Positions 11,034 through 19,508 of a stretch of DNA of 64,000 bases are shown here, piece after piece. Each line of letters starts with the position of its first letter. Within the stretch, counting starts at the first letter, position 1. The stretch is taken from NCBI GenBank assembly GCA_027022365.1, contig JALVYU010000026.1:416001-480000 (forward strand), given 5' to 3'. The position numbers and the translations under genes are program-made. The notes below the pieces were generated by a model. The model saw only the letters and a list, made by a program, of their open reading frames with translations. It ran no database searches and was not told the origin of the DNA. This DNA comes from Desulfurococcales archaeon. GTDB lineage: Archaea; Thermoproteota; Thermoprotei_A; Sulfolobales; Desulfurococcaceae.

Positions 11034-12107
11034 GTGGTCAATTTTATGCAGGCGAGTATTAGATATCCTGTACAACTTATTGGTAGAAGTATTGAGAACC
11101 GCATGGGGAATAATGGAATAGTTCTAGGGAAGGCCCTCGGCTGTAAGCAGGAGCCACTTATTGTAATGCCAGTTAGTGTGCTGTATAGACATATTCTCGT
11201 GGTGGGGGCAACTGGTTCTGGCAAGACTAGGACAACGGCATTCATTATTAACTCATTACAACACGCCTATCCAGACAAGTATAGGGTGATAATCCTAGAT
11301 TGGCATGGTGAGTACAGTTCTCTTTTGAAAAAATATATTTATATAAATCCTTATAATGCCCCCATCAATATCGTTGATACTAAAACATTATCATGGATAG
11401 AAACATTATATGATGTACTGGGGCTAACAGATCCTCAAGCGTATGTTCTCCAGAAAATAATCGAGAAATCGAATATTGCTCCAAGTATTGATATCAAGAA
11501 ACTATATAGGCTAATCGAAGAAATGAATACCGAGAATGCTAAATGGATGAAAGAAGTAAAATACGCATTACTAAGAAGACTCGCCCCACTGGCCTACGGT
11601 GATAATTATAAACTCTTTACAGGGACCAAAGACTTTCTCGAGCTGTTCAAAAATAGGACTACCTATGTTATAGATCTAAGTATGATACGGGAGACAAGGA
11701 TTAAGAGAATATACGCTACATTCATTATTCGTTATGTTTTCGACTATGCTTTAAGGAATAGTATGCGCGACACTGTACTTGTGATCGAAGAAGCACATAA
11801 TCTTATGAAGAAGAGTGATTCTCTAGAAATAATTACACGTATGTTATCAGAGATACGTAAGTTTGGTGTTGGTGTTATAATAGTTTCTCAGTCCCCCAGC
11901 GGACTTAGTGATGATATTATGAAGAACACTGCTTCCAAGATAATTCACTCAATAAAATCCTCCGTAGACTTAGAAACTATATCTAGATCGCTCGTATTGG
12001 ATAAAGAACTCATTAGCATAATTCCTTATCTCGAACCGGGAGAAGCAGTCGCGGCACTACCTAATTATAAAAAGCCATTATTGGTTAAAATAGGGGGGTT
12101 TACCTGA
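11034..12107 (+). CDS. HerA/VirB4-like (DUF87) P-loop ATPase; frame open upstream to 10932
   Basis: RHILVVGATGSGKT, LDWHGEY, IEEAHN, EIRKFGVGVIIVSQSPS, L.PGEA. Confidence 0.88.
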   Translation: MVNFMQASIRYPVQLIGRSIENRMGNNGIVLGKALGCKQEPLIVMPVSVLYRHILVVGATGSGKTRTTAFIINSLQHAYPDKYRVIILDWHGEYSSLLKKYIYINPYNAPINIVDTKTLSWIETLYDVLGLTDPQAYVLQKIIEKSNIAPSIDIKKLYRLIEEMNTENAKWMKEVKYALLRRLAPLAYGDNYKLFTGTKDFLELFKNRTTYVIDLSMIRETRIKRIYATFIIRYVFDYALRNSMRDTVLVIEEAHNLMKKSDSLEIITRMLSEIRKFGVGVIIVSQSPSGLSDDIMKNTASKIIHSIKSSVDLETISRSLVLDKELISIIPYLEPGEAVAALPNYKKPLLVKIGGFT

Positions 12108-12122
12108 AAAACTTTGAAGAAC

Positions 12123-13766
12123 TTACTCTTCTTCCTCTTCACCGCTCTTTCCAGTCTCTTCGGGTTTTTCGACCTTACTTGCTGCTATAATGTCATCGAT
12201 TCTTAGAATTATTGTTGCGGCCTCTGTTCCTGCCTTTAGCGCGTTAGCTTTTATGCTTACTGGCTCAATTACGCCTAGCTCCATCATATTGGCAAGATCT
12301 CCTGTGAATACATTGACACCCGTCCACTTACCCTCTGGTGTCTCGTGGGCTGCCCTCAGCTTCATTATTATTTCTACTGGGTCTAGTCCAGCGTTCTCTG
12401 ATAGTGCCATGACTAGTCCTTCTAGTGCCTTTGCAAAAGCCTCGATTGCCAGCTGCTCCTTGCCTCCGACAGTCTTTGCAAATTTTCTGAGATGCTTTGC
12501 TAGCTCGGTCTCAACGGCTCCTCCGCCTGCAACGATCTTCCCGTCCTTGATAGCATCTGCAACAGCTGCCAGAGCATCTCGTAGGCTTCTCTCAGCCTCA
12601 TCAACCAGTCTCTCGAGTCCTCCACGTATCACTATGCTTACCGCCTTGGGGTTCTTGCATCCCTCAATGAACACCATTTTGTCTTCTCCAACTTTTCTCT
12701 CTTCAACAAGCTTTGCTTCGCCGAGATCCTCGGGTCTTAGGTCGTCGATGTTGCTTACTATTCTTCCTCCTGTTGCTCTTTCTAGTTTTTCCATGTCGCT
12801 TCTCTTTACTCTTCTTACTGCTAGTATTCCTTTCTTGGCGAGGAAGTGCTGGGCAACCTCATCAATACCCTTCTGACAAATCACAACATTAGCACCAGTC
12901 GAAGCAATCTTCTCAACCATCTTCTTGAGGATCTCTTCCTCCTGCTCCAGGAATGCTTTTAGCTGTGAAGGGTCGGTTATTCTGATCTCTGCATCGATCT
13001 CGGGCTTTTCTATCTCTAGTGGTGCATCAATTAATGCTATCTTGGCGTTTTCAACTTTTCTAGGCATACCCGGATGGACTACTTCTTTGTCAAGAACTAC
13101 ACCGTATACTAGCATCGAGTCAACTAAGCTACCGCCATACTTCTTTATGATCTGTACGTTGTCTAGGTCGATGTAGTATTTGTTACCTCTTTTCTCAACG
13201 ATCTGTTTGACGGCCTTGACGGCTAGTTCGGCGAAGTATTCTCTTGCATCGTGCACAGCTTTACTTGTGAGGCTAGTCTTAGCGATCTTCTTGAGGGTTT
13301 CCTCATCGTTTATGTCTATGGGCTCCGCGATCTCGTAGAGATACTTGAGTGCCTCATCAAGTGCCTTTCTATAACCGCTGACTATGACTGTTGGATGTAT
13401 GTTCTTATCTAGAAGCTCCTCGGCATGTCTCAATAGTTCGCCAGCAAATATTACAGCAGTCTTAGTTCCATCACCAACTTCTTCGTCCTGACCCTTTGCA
13501 ATCTGTACTAGCATTTTGGCTGCTGGATGCTGAACCTCCATTTTATCGAGAATTGTTGCGCCGTCATTGGTTATTGTTACATCTCCTAGGGCATCTACAA
13601 GCATTTTATCCATTCCTTTCGGGCCGTAAGTTGTTCTTAGGGTTTCTGAAATGGCTCTTACAGCCATTATGTTTGTTCTTAGGGCCTCTCTTCCTACGGT
13701 TCTCTTAGTGCCTTCCTTGAGTATTAGTACAGGTATTCCCATAGGCTCGACTACCATTGTGATCAC
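12123..13766 (-). CDS. thsB: Thermosome (group II chaperonin) subunit, beta type
   Basis: [28 protein letters not shown]. Confidence 0.95.
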   Translation of the reverse strand: MITMVVEPMGIPVLILKEGTKRTVGREALRTNIMAVRAISETLRTTYGPKGMDKMLVDALGDVTITNDGATILDKMEVQHPAAKMLVQIAKGQDEEVGDGTKTAVIFAGELLRHAEELLDKNIHPTVIVSGYRKALDEALKYLYEIAEPIDINDEETLKKIAKTSLTSKAVHDAREYFAELAVKAVKQIVEKRGNKYYIDLDNVQIIKKYGGSLVDSMLVYGVVLDKEVVHPGMPRKVENAKIALIDAPLEIEKPEIDAEIRITDPSQLKAFLEQEEEILKKMVEKIASTGANVVICQKGIDEVAQHFLAKKGILAVRRVKRSDMEKLERATGGRIVSNIDDLRPEDLGEAKLVEERKVGEDKMVFIEGCKNPKAVSIVIRGGLERLVDEAERSLRDALAAVADAIKDGKIVAGGGAVETELAKHLRKFAKTVGGKEQLAIEAFAKALEGLVMALSENAGLDPVEIIMKLRAAHETPEGKWTGVNVFTGDLANMMELGVIEPVSIKANALKAGTEAATIILRIDDIIAASKVEKPEETGKSGEEEEE

Positions 13767-13911
13767 CTAAGCTTGTAATGGTTATGTATTACCTCTTTTG
13801 CCATTATACCACATAAATGTGCTTCTATATAAAGTTAACTCTCGCAGGAGAACAATAATTTTAAAACCACATATATCATTCAAAATCAACAGTGCCTAAG
13901 TGGTGATAGGA

Positions 13912-14124
13912 ATGGGTAAAGTAAGAACGAAAATGATCAAAAGAACCGCTAGAGAGCTACTTGAGAAGTATCCTGACGTATTCACAAATGATTTTGAGCA
14001 CAACAAGAAAGTAGTTAGTCAGCTCGTTATAACAGGATCAAAACGTGTGAGAAATCAGATAGCGGGTTACATAACGCACCTAGTGAATATAAGGCTTAAG
14101 CGTGAAGCACGTACAATTTCTTAA
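13912..14124 (+). CDS. rps17e: 30S ribosomal protein S17e
   Basis: MGKVRTKMIKR...DFEHNKK...RNQIAGYIT; GGTGA SD upstream. Confidence 0.95.
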   Translation: MGKVRTKMIKRTARELLEKYPDVFTNDFEHNKKVVSQLVITGSKRVRNQIAGYITHLVNIRLKREARTIS

Positions 14125-14147
14125 CATATCTTAGCAATCAAGGTTAG

Positions 14148-14675
14148 TTGAAATTGGATAAAATTAAAGCATCTAATGATACATCACATCTTTCAATCAA
14201 TATCGAGATTCAAGGAAGCAGAATCCTAATTAACTACTTGGGTAAAGAGATCAAGGCATACATTTATGTATGTAATGGAACAAGAAAGACTATCGATGAA
14301 GAACTAAAGGAACTAGATATCTCCCCATATCATCCCATAGCTATTATACCTTTTACTATGATAAATTCCATTTGGCAAATAATATTTGGTATAATCAGTT
14401 ACGAAATTATATACACATATCGGAAAAACCTATATAATAAAATTAAAAACAAGGGGCTACTCCTATCTATGCTGATAACGGGCGAGCGACAGCTAAGTGA
14501 TATTATCAATAGACTAAGAGAGGAGTATGCCCGCTCTAACTCAAGATACTTTGTGGTTTCTCTTCAAGACCCCGTAATCCTGCCTGATAAATGTAGTGAA
14601 GATGTTCAGCTCAATACATCTATTGAGCCGATGCATCTTGTAAAAAACGTAAATAATTATCTGAGATTAGTATGA
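14148..14675 (+). CDS. Divergent KEOPS subunit Cgi121-like protein
   Basis: NKIKNKGLLLSMLITGERQLSDII resembles the Cgi121 G.RQI..AI motif. Confidence 0.5.
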   Translation: MKLDKIKASNDTSHLSINIEIQGSRILINYLGKEIKAYIYVCNGTRKTIDEELKELDISPYHPIAIIPFTMINSIWQIIFGIISYEIIYTYRKNLYNKIKNKGLLLSMLITGERQLSDIINRLREEYARSNSRYFVVSLQDPVILPDKCSEDVQLNTSIEPMHLVKNVNNYLRLV

Positions 14676-14689
14676 GGGCCCGGTAAAAA

Positions 14690-14782
14690 TTACCATTCTT
14701 CCTCTTCTTCCCACCACTCTTCTTCCTCTTCCCATTCTTCCTCTTCTTCTTCCCACCATTCCTCCTCGAGGTATACCACCAT
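14690..14782 (-). CDS. 30-aa Glu/Trp microprotein MVVYLEEEWWEEEEEEWEEEEEWWEEEEEW
   Basis: Manual translation; GGGGGA SD-like 6 nt before ATG; silent GAA/GAG variation; T-tract after TAA. Confidence 0.65.
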   Translation of the reverse strand: MVVYLEEEWWEEEEEEWEEEEEWWEEEEEW

Positions 14783-14868
14783 AAATTATCCCCCGTGTAT
14801 CTGTTGGCCCATAATGGAATTGGCTCCTAAATGATATTAAAACGTATGGTTGTATCAAAAAGGCCGCC

Positions 14869-14882
14869 TACTATATATAGTA
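14869..14882. promoter_or_regulatory. Perfect 14-bp palindrome TACTATATATAGTA containing a TATA-like core
   Basis: Read directly; lies between the divergent microprotein and TFS-like genes. Confidence 0.45.
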
Positions 14883-14975
14883 AGGTTCTTGTTGATAGGC
14901 AATTTTTAATAACCCATATGTTACAATCCATATGCGTAACTCTTGGTAAAAGATTAACAGTTAATGGGGACAGAT

Positions 14976-15260
14976 ATGGTCAGATTTTGTCCCAGATGTG
15001 GTGGACCAATGGTTCCCGTCAAGAAAGACAAGCAAGTATATCTTAGATGTCTCAGATGCGGCTACACGATCAGGGCCGATAAAAAAGCTGCGGAATCCTA
15101 TAGAATGAAGTACCAGGTTGAGGAAGATAAGAGAGTTATAACTTCAAAAGCCACGGAAGCTAAACGCCTTGCCCTTTCCCCAGAAGAGAGAGAAATTCTT
15201 AGGGAATACTACGAAGTATTTCTTGAAACGTTTCAGGAAGAGGAAGGCGGTGAGGATTAA
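14976..15260 (+). CDS. TFS/RpoM-like paralogue with N-terminal Zn ribbon only
   Basis: MVRFCPRCGGPM...CLRCGY; no C-terminal ribbon with the RSADE motif; acidic tail. Confidence 0.75.
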   Translation: MVRFCPRCGGPMVPVKKDKQVYLRCLRCGYTIRADKKAAESYRMKYQVEEDKRVITSKATEAKRLALSPEEREILREYYEVFLETFQEEEGGED

Positions 15261-15273
15261 AAGAGATATGTTA

Positions 15274-15335
15274 TCAGTACCTCACCCGAAGTCATCATTA
15301 GCCGTTAAGGCCTCTGTGCCGTCACCAATCATCAT
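15274..15335 (-). ncRNA. C/D-box methylation guide sRNA
   Basis: Minus strand: ATGATGA-ttggtgacggca-CAGA-hairpin-ATGATGA-cttcgggtgaggta-CTGA. Confidence 0.8.
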
Positions 15336-15460
15336 TTAGTCCGGCATAAATTACTCTACTAAAATATCCTTTAATAACTAGATTCTCGGTTTTTCTTGAA
15401 TTGAATGGATTGAACTAAGTAAACTACTCTAGGCTTTGCCTGAACATTACATATAGCGGG

Positions 15461-17293
15461 TTGATATCAATGACAAGGATAGCTGTGGTCGACAGAGAAT
15501 ACTGTAAACCTAATAAGTGTGGCTTAGAATGCATACGCTTCTGCCCAGTAAACAAGAGTCGCCGAGGAACTGCGATTGAATTATCCAACGATGGGCGCCA
15601 TGTAATAATACATGAAGATACATGTATAGGGTGCGGGATATGCGTTAGAAAATGCCCGTTCAAAGCGATAAGCATAGTCAATCTACCGGATGAGCTCGAG
15701 AAAAACGTTATCCATAGGTATGGCGAAAACATGTTCAAACTCTATAATCTCCCAATGATCCGGCCCGGTAAGATAATGGGCATAATAGGGCGGAATGGAA
15801 GTGGTAAAACGACCAGTGTGAAAATTCTGTCTGGATTATTAAAGCCGAACCTTGGGAGATACGATGATCCCCCCGAATGGGACGAGATAATTAAGGCCTT
15901 CAGAGGTACTGAGATACAGAACTATTTGAAGAAACTAGCCAATGGCGAGATCAAAGCAGTTGTTAAAATACAGTATGTCGAGCTCGCAAAACGTATGCTG
16001 AAGGGCCGTGTCGGCGAATTATTGAAGAAGGCTGATGAAAGAGGACTATATAGGGAAATCGTTGAAGCATTAGGACTTAAGCACTTGTCCGATAGAAAGA
16101 TAACCAATCTTAGTGGCGGTGAGTTGCAGAAGTTCTTAGTTGCTGCTGTACTGTTGAAAGACGCCGACTCATACTTCTTTGACGAGCCATGCAGCTATCT
16201 AGACATCAGAGAACGAATGCGTGTTGCTAGAGCTATTAGAGAATTCATCGATGTAAGTAAGAAGTATGTTGCAGTAATAGAGCACGACCTAATGATCCTC
16301 GATTACATTAGCGATCAAATATCGGTCATCTTTGGCGAGCCAGGAGTCTACGGCATTGTTTCTAAGCCCTACGGTACCAGGGCAGGTATTAATAATTACC
16401 TTGAGGGCTATCTGCCGGCGGAGAACATGAGGATTCGGAGAGAACCAATAATATTCAAGATAACTGTATCCCAACAACAACAGAGTACAGAAGAGTATCC
16501 TATTGTTAAATGGACAGATATGATGAAAAAGTATGAGAGTTCAGGTTTCATTCTACGTGTTGAGGGCGGAGAAATATATCCCGGTGAAGTATTAGGTGTG
16601 CTGGGTCCTAACGGAATAGGTAAAACAACATTTGTAAAAATACTAGCCGGGATACTCAGGCCCGATGAAGGGGATGTCATTATATCTGTCGAAAAGATAA
16701 GCGTTAAGCCTCAAGAACTTTCACCAAAGATTTTCCCCGAGGAAACAGTTGCGGCTAATCTTCGTAGAGCGTCACCAGAGGCGGTGAACCCAGCGTCTTG
16801 GATCTACGCCGAACTAGTAAGAAAACTCGGCCTTAACAAAATGATGGAGAGACGAGTTGATGAGCTCAGTGGTGGTGAGCTACAAAAATTAGCTGTTGCG
16901 GTCGCATTGGCGACGCCTGCAGATTTATATTTACTTGATGAACCATCGGCTTATCTCGATATTGAGGAAAGACTGGCTATTGCTAAAGTGATCCGGAGAA
17001 TCATTGAGGAGAAAAGGAAAACAGCGCTCGTAGTAGAGCATGATCTGATGTTGCAAAACTTTGTGGCAAATAGAATTATGGTCTTCAAAGGTATACCTGG
17101 GAAAGAAGGATACACGACATCACCGCTGGATATTAGCGCGGGATTCAATGAACTCTTGAAAGAGCTGGATGTTACGGTAAGAAGGGATCCGCAGACCGGC
17201 AGACCTAGAGTAAATAAACCGGGCTCTTATCTCGACAGGTACCAGAAAAGTATTGGACAATACTACCTCCCCGAGATTGTGTCGGAGAAATAA
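15461..17293 (+). CDS. rli: Ribosome recycling factor ABCE1 (Rli1)
   Basis: N-terminal FeS domain (CIGCGICVRKCP) plus two ABC domains (LSGGELQ twice). Confidence 0.96.
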   Translation: MISMTRIAVVDREYCKPNKCGLECIRFCPVNKSRRGTAIELSNDGRHVIIHEDTCIGCGICVRKCPFKAISIVNLPDELEKNVIHRYGENMFKLYNLPMIRPGKIMGIIGRNGSGKTTSVKILSGLLKPNLGRYDDPPEWDEIIKAFRGTEIQNYLKKLANGEIKAVVKIQYVELAKRMLKGRVGELLKKADERGLYREIVEALGLKHLSDRKITNLSGGELQKFLVAAVLLKDADSYFFDEPCSYLDIRERMRVARAIREFIDVSKKYVAVIEHDLMILDYISDQISVIFGEPGVYGIVSKPYGTRAGINNYLEGYLPAENMRIRREPIIFKITVSQQQQSTEEYPIVKWTDMMKKYESSGFILRVEGGEIYPGEVLGVLGPNGIGKTTFVKILAGILRPDEGDVIISVEKISVKPQELSPKIFPEETVAANLRRASPEAVNPASWIYAELVRKLGLNKMMERRVDELSGGELQKLAVAVALATPADLYLLDEPSAYLDIEERLAIAKVIRRIIEEKRKTALVVEHDLMLQNFVANRIMVFKGIPGKEGYTTSPLDISAGFNELLKELDVTVRRDPQTGRPRVNKPGSYLDRYQKSIGQYYLPEIVSEK

Positions 17294-17422
17294 TATTATC
17301 AATTTTGTTTTAATCAATATATTAAACTCATATATGTAATTTATTGCTGGGATACAAAGCTAGATTTAAAACCATCATTTTAATATAATATATATGGCAC
17401 AATTGTAATCGTTGAAAAATGG

Positions 17423-18580
17423 GTGATTGTAATGGCTGAGAAGATAACTCTTTCCGTGATAAAAGCAGATGTAGGGAGCCTAGCCGGGCATCACATGCCG
17501 CATCCTGACCAATTAGCAGCTGCGACAAAGGTTCTTGCTGAGGCGAAACAGAAAGGATTGATCATTGATTTCTATGTGACACACGTAGGTGACGACATAC
17601 AGCTCATAATGACGCATAGAAAGGGTGTAGATAGCCCAGAAATACATGAACTAGCTTGGAACGCTTTCCAGGCTGCTGCAAAGGTCGCACGAGAACTAAA
17701 ACTATATGCAGCTGGGCAGGATCTACTAAGCGATGCTTTCTCCGGGAATGTTAGGGGATTAGGTCCCGGAGTAGCCGAGATCGAGATGGAGGAGCGTAAA
17801 GCCGAGACCGTGATAACGTTTCACGCTGACAAGACAGAGCCTGGAGCGTTTAACCTTCCCATATTCAGGATATTCGCAGATCCGTTCAACACTGCAGGAC
17901 TGGTAATAGATCCCAGGATGCATGAAGGCTTCATCTTCGAGGTATATGATGTATTCGAAGGCAGGAGCGTCAAGCTCAAGAGCCCCGAAGAGATGTACGA
18001 CATTCTCGCATTAATTGGTACGCCAAGCCGCTATGTAATCAGACGTGTGTATAGAAAGGACGGCCTACAGGCAGCAGTTGTGAGCGTTGAAAGGCTCAAT
18101 CTCATCGCGGGCAAATACGTTGGTAAAGATGACCCGGTGGCCATTGTACGTGCACAGCACGGCCTACCAGCAGTCGGTGAAGTGCTTGAGGCATTTAGCT
18201 TCCCGCATCTAGTGGCTGGCTGGATGCGTGGAAGTCATCATGGCCCAATAATACCGGTGCCGCTAAAGTATGCTAGAGTAACAAGGTTCGATGGACCACC
18301 AAGAATAATTGCGCTGGGCTGGAACATTTGTAAGGGCAGGCTGATCGGCCCAGCAGACTTGTTCGACGATGTTGCATTCGATGAAACCAGGAGGCTAGGA
18401 AACCTGATAGCAGAATACATGAGGAGACATGGCCCATTCATGCCGCACAGACTAGGGCCTGAAGAGATGGAGTATACAACACTGCCTCAAGTACTTGAGA
18501 AGCTTAAAGACAGGTTCGTAAAGACGGAAGAAGTACATGTGATAAAGAAGCATAGTGAGCTGTTGAGCGGGAGTCAGTAA
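17423..18580 (+). CDS. fbp: Bifunctional FBP aldolase/phosphatase
   Basis: SVIKADVGS, GDDI, YAAGQDLL, DKTEPGAFN, YVGKDDP, GWMRGSH. Confidence 0.96.
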   Translation: MIVMAEKITLSVIKADVGSLAGHHMPHPDQLAAATKVLAEAKQKGLIIDFYVTHVGDDIQLIMTHRKGVDSPEIHELAWNAFQAAAKVARELKLYAAGQDLLSDAFSGNVRGLGPGVAEIEMEERKAETVITFHADKTEPGAFNLPIFRIFADPFNTAGLVIDPRMHEGFIFEVYDVFEGRSVKLKSPEEMYDILALIGTPSRYVIRRVYRKDGLQAAVVSVERLNLIAGKYVGKDDPVAIVRAQHGLPAVGEVLEAFSFPHLVAGWMRGSHHGPIIPVPLKYARVTRFDGPPRIIALGWNICKGRLIGPADLFDDVAFDETRRLGNLIAEYMRRHGPFMPHRLGPEEMEYTTLPQVLEKLKDRFVKTEEVHVIKKHSELLSGSQ

Positions 18581-18656
18581 ATAATCTAAAATTCTAGTTT
18601 TTTATTTGACTTTGTGTTAATGTAAAACAATATTTTATAACTTCCAAGGTGACAAA

Positions 18657-19352
18657 ATGCCCCGCCCAATAATTGCCGTTAACTTCAAGGCATATTATCC
18701 CTATAGCTTCGGTGAGCATGCACTTAGGATAGCCCGGGATGCAGTCAAGATTGTTGATGAGTATGATGTAGACGTTATACTTGCCCCTCCTTTCACCGAA
18801 ATATACAGGATACTAGAGATTGTACGGGGAAGCAGAGTAAAGGTCTATGCGCAACACGCTGACCCTGTGGAGCCCGGCGCTAGAACAGGCTTCATACCCG
18901 TAGAAGCAGTAAAAGAGATCGGTGCTAATGGCTTAATACTGAATCATAGCGAGCACAGGTTAAAGCTGGCGGACATTAATTGGTTGATCAAGAAAGCAAG
19001 GAAATTGTCTCTCGAGCAAATAGTCTGTGCAGACGTGCCTGAAACAGCGGCAGCAGTATCGGTTCTCAATCCCGACATCGTGGCTGTCGAGCCTCCTGAG
19101 CTCATAGGGACAGGTATCCCTGTTAGTAAGGCTAAGCCTGAAGTGATAACGAGAAGCGTTGAACTCGTTAAGAAACATAACCCGGACATAGTACTGCTAA
19201 CAGGTGCTGGTATAAGCAAAGGTGAAGACGTTTATGCCGCAATTAGACTAGGAACACTAGGCGTTCTCGTCGCTTCAGCCATAGTAAAAGCAAAGGATCC
19301 CTACACAGTTATGAAGGATATGGCGGAGAATGCATTGAAAGCATTAAAGTAA
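18657..19352 (+). CDS. tpiA: Triosephosphate isomerase (archaeal type)
   Basis: VNFKAY, NHSEH, AVEPPELIGTG, GVLVAS. Confidence 0.95.
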   Translation: MPRPIIAVNFKAYYPYSFGEHALRIARDAVKIVDEYDVDVILAPPFTEIYRILEIVRGSRVKVYAQHADPVEPGARTGFIPVEAVKEIGANGLILNHSEHRLKLADINWLIKKARKLSLEQIVCADVPETAAAVSVLNPDIVAVEPPELIGTGIPVSKAKPEVITRSVELVKKHNPDIVLLTGAGISKGEDVYAAIRLGTLGVLVASAIVKAKDPYTVMKDMAENALKALK

Positions 19353-19394
19353 ATTTTAATTTTTCCCGTAACACTAAATCCTTTCCTAGAGTCT

Positions 19395-19498
19395 GCCGCC
19401 GTAGCTCAGCCGGTAGAGCGCCGGCCTCGTAACGGGTTCCTAAAAAGCTCCGAGGTCGAGATAGCCGGTGGTCGCGGGTTCAAATCCCGCCGGCGGCT
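19395..19498 (+). tRNA. tRNA-Thr(CGT) with a 31-nt intron at 37/38 (19432-19462)
   Basis: GCCGCCG acceptor, TAGCTCAG D-arm, GGTTCAAATCC T-arm, BHB CTCG-TAA / CGAG-ATA. Confidence 0.92.
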
Positions 19499-19508
19499 TT
19501 ACTCTTAT

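Noticed and set aside
12190-12876. Long antisense ORFs in thsB (and similar ones in pan, fusA, glmU, polB3)
   Set aside because: Ser/Ile-rich antisense shadows of conserved genes
14690-14770. CTT/CCA repeats as a CRISPR array or microsatellite
   Set aside because: No constant repeat with unique spacers; explained by E/W codons
14667-14858. 63-aa Gly/Arg-rich ORF from the track
   Set aside because: Alternative frame of the Glu/Trp repeat; repeat variation is non-silent in this frame and it overlaps the stop of the upstream plus-strand gene
17294-17422. AT-rich spacer as a replication origin
   Set aside because: No ORB-like repeats or cdc6 nearby; consistent with a terminator and promoter
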